From Thalia democratica (lineage: Eukaryota), in NCBI GenBank assembly GCA_965202585.1, contig OZ241826.1:42470001-42534000 (forward strand): a DNA stretch of 64,000 bases, given 5' to 3'. Position numbers and translations under genes: made by a program. Positions 24,952 through 33,863 of this stretch are shown here, piece by piece. Numbering within the stretch: the first letter of the stretch is position 1; each line of letters begins with the position of its first letter. Under the pieces are notes generated by a model that ran no database searches, was not told where the DNA came from, and saw only the letters and a program-made list of their open reading frames with translations.

Positions 24952-27099
24952 AAAACTTATGACATAAGTTTGTAGAAATGTTTTAGAAAGTGGAAGTTTT
25001 TGTTTTGTGCTTTTAAAATCTGAGTCATTTTCCGATTTGCTTGAGAATTTGCTGCAACAAAAACTTACAAGTCACAGTATTTTTTATTTTGATTTTAAAA
25101 ATCATAAGTTATAGATTATTATTTTTTATTGTTAAAGTTTAAAAAAATAAAAATGTAAGTAGTTAGATAGCTTTACTTAGAAGTTTATTGTGTTCAAAAA
25201 CAATAGTAAGTCTAAAGTTGATAATAAACTTAGAAAGTTAATTTAAACAATCGTAGAAATAATTTGAAATTTGTTTCGATCCCTTTTATATATTTTACTT
25301 GAAAAGAACACTTTTTTAGAATTTTTTTTTTAACTTGATTTAAACAAACGAGTTTTTACTTTTCTTTAATAGTAACTTAAAAAATACTCTAAACTTCAAA
25401 TGTTTTTAGACAGAGTAAATTGAAACTTTAAAAAATTGTATTCCTTGTTTAAAACTTGTGATTGTATTTTTACGACTATTTAAAAAAACTATACGAATGT
25501 TGAGTAAGCAATAAATTTTAATATAACCTATTCGATAAACTAAAAACTAACTAACTTTTTTAAAGTTTCTAACTTTGCTAAAAATTACATAAAATAAATT
25601 ATACTGTAGGCTTGACTATTTAAAAAAAATCAAAAATATCTTCTTCGTAGAAGGAAAACAAATACTTTTTTATCAAACTTTCCTTTTCTCGAAGATCTCG
25701 TCAGTGCAGTTAATATATAATTTTGAATAACAGACAAAAAGTATAAAATAATAACTAGTCTTTAACTTTGTGTAGCAATAAGCTACGTTTCTTAGCTTCC
25801 ATGTAACACTTTTTTGTAATTATTTTCTTTAAACATATTTATGTTGTTTTTTTAGTTTCGAATATCATTTACATGAAATATAAAATAAAAGCATCTGAAA
25901 AAGTTACTGAATATTAAACACATGTTTATGGTTTGTAATTATGAAAAAGAAAATTGCATGTAAACACCTTAAGAAACACTAGGAACAGAATAAGATTTAT
26001 ATAAACTCCTGGGATGTTCCAATCTTTACGGGTTTAAACTTTAAATTATTATATTGTAAAATTTTAAAACCAGGTGTATTTATTTCACTTCTAATAAGAA
26101 CATAACTTTAATACTTAGAGTATGTTCTCATATCCAGCGACCAATGCAAAGCAATAGCTACAAATTTTTGTAGTTAAAAATGTTTTAAAATGTTTTTACA
26201 ACTAATTCAAAAAAAAATCTTTCTATATATAAAAAAAACTTTAACTTAAAGAAAACTTTACAACTTTGTAGCTAATAACATATCAATCGAGTTAGTTTTG
26301 GGCACTTACTAAAGTTTGAAACCATGTAAAACCCATGTTGTACATGGATTTCTAGGTATTAAAAGTGTTGTAAGTACAAGAGTTTGAAGAAGAACCTAAA
26401 TATTTTTAGTTTTGTGATATAATTACAGTCTGTCTTTTTTATAATTACTTCCAATAAGTTTTGCTTACAATATTTAGTTTTTCTTAGAATTATATATAGA
26501 AATACTCTTCTAACAACCCTTTTAGAAGCAAAAACTATGTATGATTATATATTTAAAAGATTATTTGATTTATTCTTTCGGTGAGTTTTTGTTTATTTTC
26601 GTTGATATTTTATTTATTTTATTCTACAGTTGTATAGATAATATAATTAGTACTTTAAAATTATCTTATTGTACGTGGTTTTCAATAAGTATTTATGAAA
26701 TTGTTTAACTTTTGAAATCTTACTTATAAAAATGAATATCTAAGCTCGTTGTACTAAATAAGATACTAAAAGTAATTAAAATATTGAAAAGTTTGAATAA
26801 ACAGTACGACAAGAAATTTTCAAAAGCTAGAGTAACAAAATCATGAATTTTTATGTCCATTCTCGAAGACTTTTTTACCATTAATTGTGTTTAATATTAA
26901 ACCTTTCAATAAATACTTTCACATTTTTATTTAAAAAAACATCTATTGTCTTTATTTTTTGATACTGTTTATTTGAAACTACTAATTTACACACAATAAA
27001 AAGATAACATCACGTTTTTAACGTGAAACAAGAAAATGCAAAATATTGAATGTTTTAATAAGTATTCATAAAAATTTAGGAGGTTAAGTCGTTTATTAC

Positions 27100-27327
27100 T
27101 AGTGATGTACCGGATCCACAATTTCGAGTCCGGCCGGACCCGGATCCGGACTTTTTTTTCAAATCAGAATCCGGCCGGAACCGAATCCGAACTTTTTTTT
27201 TTCAAATTAGAATCCGGCCGGAACCGGATCCGGACTTTTTTTTCAAATTAGAATCCGGCCGGATCCGGATATCAGACAAAATGGCAATATCCGGCCGGAC
27301 CCGGATAGTGAGTCCGGTACATCATTA
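27100..27327 (+). mobile_element. hAT-type MITE (228 bp), chimeric for target-site duplications
   Basis: TIRs TAGTGATGTACCGGA / TCCGGTACATCATTA, with three internal ~46-bp CCGGATCCGGACT(n)CAAATTAGAATCCGG subrepeats. Left flank TTTATTAC, right flank GTATAAAC (these do not match). Confidence 0.85.
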
Positions 27328-28609
27328 GTATAAACTAGCCTGAGTCATAATGAGGTTTTTAAAAACTAAAAAAAAAAGAACTTCAATCTAATAATAAGTA
27401 GAACAGCTAGCCACAAGGTTTACAAATTTAGGTGTTATTTACAATTAAAAGTCTGAAATCAAGTTCTTGAACAAAATACACTAGAAAATTACAAAATATT
27501 GAAAACTGGATCAGCTCAAACTCATTCAAAATCTAAAAGAAAACTAGCCTGAGTTTTTATAAAAAACTAAACTAGCTTAAGGTAGTCCAAGATTTTATAA
27601 AATTCTCAAAAATTTTCAAACTAGCAGGGTTGCCACTGTTTAAGTCAATAAAACTAGCTAGAGTGAGTATAAACAAGCCTGAGTCAGAATGAGGTTTTTA
27701 AAAACTGAAAAAATTACTTTAATCTAATAATCAGATAACAGCTAGCAAAGGTTGACAATTTGGTAGTAAAGTTGTGGACTGATTGTGGTACACTTAACTT
27801 ATTAGTACTACCCATCATAATTAAATCCTACCTTATTTAATTATTATCCAACAAATACTAAATTCAAACTGAGACTACTTTCTATAATCAGACACGACAG
27901 TTTTGAGTGATGAATCTTTTATATAAAACACAACAAGAAATACTAGCATATACAAAATTATTAATTACTTTGGTAACACTTTAAAAACTGGAAGCTATTT
28001 AAATCTATATCAAAAGACTTAAAACAGTATACTAAAAATTAAATAAAACTTTTATTAAACAAGAAACTGTAAAATTTTTCATAAACTATTAAACTATAAA
28101 CCTGGCTTAAATATTTAAACAATTAAACACCAGTTGAAGTATTCACTTTTAAAACAAAACACTGCTTACAATAAGCATTCACAAAAAGTTCAAGATATTT
28201 TGTTGCTTCAAGCTGCACACCAAACTAACTAACTGCTTACATATAAACTGCCTGTCATGTTCTGATGTTTTGTTGAATCAGTATTTAGTTTGAAACATTT
28301 CGTCATATGATTCTCATTCGCTCGTACATTCAACCGTATTAACTCTAAATACTCTCTGAGCTTAACTTTAAACAACAAATAATGCAAGTATTCATTCCAA
28401 AGTTTTCAATTTTACAACATATGTAAAGAGTTGCATTTCTTAAATTTTTATTTCATAGTTTAAATGTAAACAAGTGTAAATTAGTCACGTGTACAAAATG
28501 AGCCAATCGGGGTAGGTGTTTAATTTTAAGTGACGAAAATGACTCTTATTAATTTACACAGAGTTTGTTTTTGAAAAATACTTTTCAGTATGCTCACTTT
28601 TACTAACTA

Positions 28610-28717
28610 GATCCGGGTCCGGACTTTTTTTTCAAATTAGAATCCGGCCGGATCCGGATATCAGACAAAAATGGCAATATCTGGCCGGACCCGGATAGTG
28701 AGTCCGGTACATCACTA
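28610..28717 (+). mobile_element. Right half of the same hAT MITE family
   Basis: Near-identical to the right half of 27100-27327; ends TCCGGTACATCACTA and is followed by TTTATTAC, identical to the 8 bp left of 27100. Confidence 0.85.
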
Positions 28718-29144
28718 TTTATTACTAATCTTGAGTAGTCTATCTTATTAACATACAGATAAATTCACATATTGACAAGTTTCTATCAAATTACTTTCAA
28801 TGGGATCAGTTCCCACCTAAATTAATTTCAAACTAATCGTCTGCCACCTAAATTAGTTTTAATCCAAAAAAAAAATCCTAATAGTTTAAAATATTATCAC
28901 TTTCACTTTTCCCATCATATTTTACAAGTTTTTAGAAAAATATTAAATGTGGATAATTTTGTGGTTGACTAGTTTTGTATCAATTCACATTAAAATTAGC
29001 CTTTCTTTTGCAGATATTCTGAAAGTTTTTGAATAAAAAAAAATTAAAAAATGGATGGAAAGCGCCAAAAAATGACTCTATAGAACAAGTCTTTAGAAAA
29101 AATCTAAGTCTAGGAAAATTTAGAATATTTTATGTCTTTCTAGG

Positions 29145-29210
29145 TAAATGCGTACTTAAGGCGAGGTGCGTACAAAAAAAAAGTGCGTACTTAAGCGGTA
29201 GTCTACTGTA
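29145..29210. mobile_element. Solo terminus of a Tc1/pogo-like element
   Basis: ...GTGCGTACTTAAGCGGTAGTCTACTG-TA (CAGTAG-type TIR plus TA) with repeated GCGTACTTAAG subterminal motifs. No partner end found. Confidence 0.4.
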
Positions 29211-29359
29211 TTTGATAAGGCTCAAAATAGTTCAGTACAGTTTCATTGAAAAAGTAGTGGCAACCCTGTAGAGATATAAGACTAATCATTTGTTTTAAAA
29301 ATAATTAATTTATAACAGTTACATAGTCTATTTCTCCATGATGAAAAGTGTCAATTGCA

Positions 29360-30199
29360 TAGAAATTTTTTAACGTAAGTGAGGAAGACCCTTGTTATGC
29401 GATTTGCAGTCTTTGCAATAAACTCATTAAAAAAGTAATGCTAATTCGTACAGCACTTCTATTTACTAAAGCATTTGAATTTAAAAAATCAAATAGAAAT
29501 TTAGAGGCTAGAAAATCATCATCATCCAATAAAGCAGCCAGCGATAGTTCGTCTCTAACTCAAAAAAAATGAAGCTAACAGCAATAAACCAAGCTAATAT
29601 TGAGATTTATCGCCCTGTTAAACAATGTAAAATAAACGATCAAAAATCAATCAAGCTTCATTAAAAATTATGAACATGATTGCAATGGACAACCAACCAT
29701 TTTCAATTACTAGGGATCAAGGTTCTATAGACCTGTTGGCTGCTTTAGAGTAGGTTACTTGATTCCGAGCACTAAATACTTTACTGATACTATGCTTTCT
29801 GCGACTTATAAAAGTTTGAAGATAAAAATACAAACTGAGTTATCAGAAGCTTCATTTTTGTTATTTACAAGTGACATATGGACAAATTCGAAGACAAAGA
29901 CATCATCACGTCTTTCTTTAAAAGTTCATTGGTTAAATAAAAGCTTTAAGTACAAACACCGAGCTTTGCACTGTAAGGAAGAAGAAGGTTCTCACATTGG
30001 CTCTAGTATTTGTGAAAACATAAAGGAGATGCTTGAAAACTGGGGTATTAACATGAACCGCATTCACGTTTTTCTGCGCGACAATTTATTTAACATGAAT
30101 ACCGTTATGTTGAAGTTAGAATCCTCTTCAGCACCCAAAGGCGGAATCGATTTCTTGCAAAAACTGGCAAAAAACTTCTACTGCTTCATCAAAAGTTGA
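29360..30199 (+). pseudogene. Decayed BED-finger hAT transposase (ZBED/Ac-like)
   Basis: BED remnant (*KFFNVSEEDPCYAICSLCNKLI...LKHLN), then MIAMDNQPFSI..DQG.IDLL..LE*, a frameshift, and YLIPSTKYF...FTSDIWT...SLKVHW...GSHIG..I.E.I..ML..W.I...IHVFLRDN..NM. Stops, frameshifts and 3' truncation. Confidence 0.85.
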
Positions 30200-30571
30200 A
30201 AAACAAGAATAGGTTTTTTTATAGCTTAATTGCGTTGGTATGAGTAAATGTTATTTACTAAATTACTTACTTTTGCATATGTAAACAGTTGCTAAAAAAG
30301 TTATTGTTAGTAAAAGTCTAATGTAAAGCCTTTCATTAAAAAAAAGTTCGTTGTTTTTTTAAAGCATTGTAACATTTAATTTATTTTTTTTTACGTCATA
30401 CAACTACAAAATTCAAAACTAGTGGTATAAGTAGCTTAAAGTTTAACATTTAAGCTAAAATTTTGTATAGGTAAACTTTTTGATTTTTTACAACGTTCTT
30501 TTTCCTAGTATTCAAATAAAATATTTAGACGAGTCTTGTTGTGACAAATGGTGTTTTGTGCACATAAGTAA

Positions 30572-30784
30572 TGTGACGGTGTTTTCCCTAATATTTGCTG
30601 AGTCAGCAAATTAAAAAAGGTATTTTTTTCATATGTTTTAATTTTTAGCTATTAAATATTTATTTGATTTTAAATTTTTAATATGTTTGTGTAAGGTGGG
30701 TTTAGGATAAGGGTATAAATTAAAAAAGTAAAAAATTTTTGCTATATTGCTGACTTAGCAAATACTAGGTAAAACACCGTTACA
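30572..30784. mobile_element. Small MITE with about 40-bp TIRs
   Basis: TGTGACGGTGTTTTCCCTAATATTTGCTGAGTCAGCAA versus TTGCTGACTTAGCAAATACTAGGTAAAACACCGTTACA (reverse complement, 4 mismatches). Confidence 0.7.
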
Positions 30785-30833
30785 GCACAATCGTACCCCG
30801 TATAGACAATAACATTGTATTGTTTGGTTACAT

Positions 30834-31200
30834 GACTATTGAAATTCTGACAATTCACATTCGGACAATTCAAATTCTGAAAATTCAAATTTGGACAATT
30901 CAAATTCTGACAATTCAAATTTGGACAATTCAAATACGACAATTCAAATTTCGACAACTCAAATTTGGACAGTTCAAACTACGACAACTTAAGTTCCGAC
31001 AACTCAAATTCCGACAATTCAAACTACGACAACTCAAATTCCGACAATTCAAATTCTGACCATCCAAATTTCAACATTTTAAATGTTTAAACTCAAATTG
31101 TGACAATTTAATTTTCGATAATTCAAGTTCGGACAACTCAAAATCGAATAATTTAATTCCAGCAACTTAAACTCTGACATTTCAAACTCGACAATTTTAA
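30834..31200 (+). repeat. 15-bp tandem array (consensus GACAATTCAAATTCY), about 24 decaying copies
   Basis: Direct reading; one 14-nt unit shifts the register. Explains the spurious ORFs at 30742-31059. Confidence 0.9.
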
Positions 31201-31676
31201 TTTTAATAATTCTAATGCCAACAACTAAAAACACAGGTAAGTAAAACCAACAACATAAAATAAAGTTTCAAAAATTAGTTATTTTTATAGCAAGTAACCT
31301 CTTTCCAGTTTTTGTTATTAAAGTTTTGACAGCATTAATTGTTTTATTTATTATTATCTTTAATAATAAACTTTAATTTTAAAATAAATATAAAATATAA
31401 TTAAAGTAAAATGATGTTTTATAAAAAGTTTAACAATAAGAATTAAATTTTATCGTAGTTTTTAATTGTATTTCTCCATACTTGTCGTTTTTAAGCGATA
31501 TGTTTTTAAATTTGTTAGGTTTTATTCTGAAGTCTTTAAGATGTTGTGAAGGCTTTTAATCTTTTTTCTTTAAAGAGTATTTGTATTAAATATTTTTTAC
31601 TAACTAATGGTATGATAGTAATTATATTTTATAAGTTTCTTCTCTATTTAAACTATAAAAAACTAAAAACATTTAG

Positions 31677-31800
31677 GATCCGGATGCGGAACCGGGCCGT
31701 ATCTTAAATTAAAAAATAGATCCGGAACCGGCCGGATCCTAAATAAGAAAAAAGATCCGGAACTGGCCGGATCTTAAATAGTGGATCCGGTAGATCACTA
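31677..31800 (-). mobile_element. Left end of the same hAT MITE family, inverted
   Basis: The reverse complement begins TAGTGATCTACCGGATCCAC, the same end type as 27100. The outer flank GTTTATAC is the reverse complement of GTATAAAC at 27328-27335. Confidence 0.8.
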
Positions 31801-32629
31801 GTTTATACATACAAGTTTTGTTGGTGTGTAGCTCGATGACCAAAATGTCTTTCTTTACACCAGGTCGTTTGACCGAAATATTTGAGCGTTGATTTTTTAT
31901 CGTGTTTAATAAACTAATAACAATAATATAAAAATATATCGATCATTACTTGTTATATAATATAACAGTATGTGTAATCCAAAATTGTATTAACTGGATT
32001 AATAAAACATTAGCTCATTGTTGATCAATACTGTTATACTTAATTAGATAACCTTTCAGAATAAAACTATATTTTAGTGAATTTTGATTTATTTTAAACT
32101 TTATTTGAAAAAAGTAAGTTATGCGTTGAACTTTTATGTATAGGTTTACTTTATCTTTAAATATTTTTGAAGTAAAACTTTCTAAATTTTTACTAAGTTG
32201 TTCAGTAGGTATTTGGTTACTAATAAAGTGAAATAAAACAAAGGGTATTTTAATATTTTATATTTGTAGTAAAATTATACATACTTAGTAGTTATTATGA
32301 TTGTAATTATAGCAAATAAAGTAGTGGAGCTTATTGCAATATACATAAGAAATTCGGTTTTTCTTTGCAAAGCTTCTGCTAGCTTGTTTGCTATAAACAA
32401 TGTTACAAATGCAAATAATACATCTCACCATGAATTCTATAAAGTTGTTGAGTACACCAAACTTAAAGAAACTAAGTTGACGTCTAAAACAGGAATAAAA
32501 ATGATGGCCAGCAGAAGACGTATAGAAAAATTGGTGATATAACTGGGACTGCCTATAACTTGATTCTTGTCAACATAAAAGTGAAGTTTTCTCAAAGTAT
32601 TAATGATCAGAACACAAAAGTTTCCGAAA

Positions 32630-33780
32630 CTAAATAACAGCCAACTTTAGTTTAATAATCCAATAATATTTTTCCGCCACGATTTTTTCCGAAGCAGCCA
32701 ACCGAAAAAGAAACTTGTTTTCACCATTTTCCAAACATTCGTCACAATCTTCGCTCATGTCGTCACAACAAACCGTTGTTGCGTAACTTCCGCGATCCAA
32801 GTTTTCTCCGAACGAGTTCGGTCCGTAATAGACCACCGTGATTTCAACCAGGTCTGAGATGAAAGCAGAACACGAAGCCATCACGTCAGGGTCTGGTTTT
32901 CGGTAACACCTCTGACTGTCAAGCTGGTCATAGGCTGTCAGTTCTACTAATTACACTCTTACAACTAAAGTATGTTAAAAGAAAACTATAAAGACCTCTT
33001 TTTTGTTCAAACTATATTAACATGACTTTTGATATAGTTTAGAAATTATATATTTAGATTTAAAACCATATCAGGAAAAAAAAACTTTTATTGAAGGGCA
33101 TGTTTAACTTGATTGTATGTAATACAAAATATCATAATGTTCTCAAGTATCAAAATATGTTGGTTTTATTTTATTTTATAAACTACACTTAATTTATTTT
33201 ATTCAGTCGTTTTTCTACTCGCCCCTCACCTCCCACGTCGACCAGGTGTCCGTGAACTCGAAAATATATGATTTCGTCAATTTTGAAAATATTGCTTTCA
33301 AAGTAAGATATGATGAAGTCTACGTTATCTGAAAACATCTTTTCACGAATTGAGAATATTCACCCGTGAAAGTCACAATATTTTGTGAATTGTTGTTTAA
33401 CCCGCGTTCAATCATTTCGTTTACTTTAAATTCCGGTACGTTCACTAAATTACTACTCTGTCTTACATACTCCTAGTGCATGTCGGAAAAGCTGTTTTCG
33501 AAGGTCGTCAAAACCTGATGTCCTCGAGTAAACTCTGAAGCTTCGTATTTCCGTCGAAAAGCAGCTGTACCAAAGCTTTTTCCAGCATCGGAGCTGCCAA
33601 GTCGCAGATTCCGCTTCTGCAGTACACAAGCCCGTTCTCGTCTGCAGGCAAGTTTGCGCAGCCTTCCAAACTTGTAAAGATCAAGCCTTTCGAAACTGAT
33701 TGGTTGAATATTTTTTGCGGCATGACGCAGTTGCATGCCAGCGTCGCCATCGCCGCAACCATGCCGCAGTTCTCCAGCAT
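32630..33780 (-). CDS. Uncharacterised three-exon gene; a 242-aa product requires a +1 shift at TTT-TGA-C (33513-33507), otherwise a 90-aa ORF1
   Basis: ORF1 33508-33780 (AAAATG context, 58 of 90 codons G/C-ending). The +1 frame runs 33509-33467, donor GTAAGA; exon 33230-33328 (TTTTCAG...G|GTGAGG, phase 1-1); exon 32630-32946 (AATTAG acceptor, 104 codons to TAG). No family confidently recognised. Confidence 0.65.
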
Positions 33781-33804
33781 TTTACTTTGGCGAAGCTGTG
33801 CTCC

Positions 33805-33863
33805 GTTACGTAACAGATAGCGTCGGACGATTTCTTTGTTACGTCACAGCTCGCGTCGGACGA
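33805..33863. promoter_or_regulatory. Tandem 26-bp repeat carrying PAR-bZIP/CRE-type sites upstream of ORF1
   Basis: GTTACGTAACAGATAGCGTCGGACGA (33805) and GTTACGTCACAGCTCGCGTCGGACGA (33838); 23/26 identical, 33-bp period. Confidence 0.55.

Noticed and set aside
27130-27270. CRISPR-like spaced repeats
   Set aside because: These are tandem subterminal repeats inside a MITE, with no unique spacers, in a eukaryotic context.
27625-29268. Inverted pair CAGGGTTGCCACT / AGTGGCAACCCTG as one hAT element
   Set aside because: Flanks (CAAACTAG versus TAGAGATA) are not a TSD, and a rearrangement breakpoint lies between the two ends.
30742-31059. ORFs on both strands
   Set aside because: By-products of the 15-bp tandem array.
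32297-32620. 81-aa plus-strand ORF and an ATG-less ~70-codon minus-strand frame after the ORF2 stop
   Set aside because: AT-rich codons, no recognisable motif, and no plausible splice or shift signal linking them to the gene.
33508-33780. Identity of the frameshift gene as ODC antizyme, an XBP1-type IRE1 target or a selenoprotein
   Set aside because: No antizyme LLEFAEE/DRxxLxRxFxFxGF signature, no bZIP or paired CNGCNG stem-loops, and UGA readthrough ends at TAA 14 codons later.
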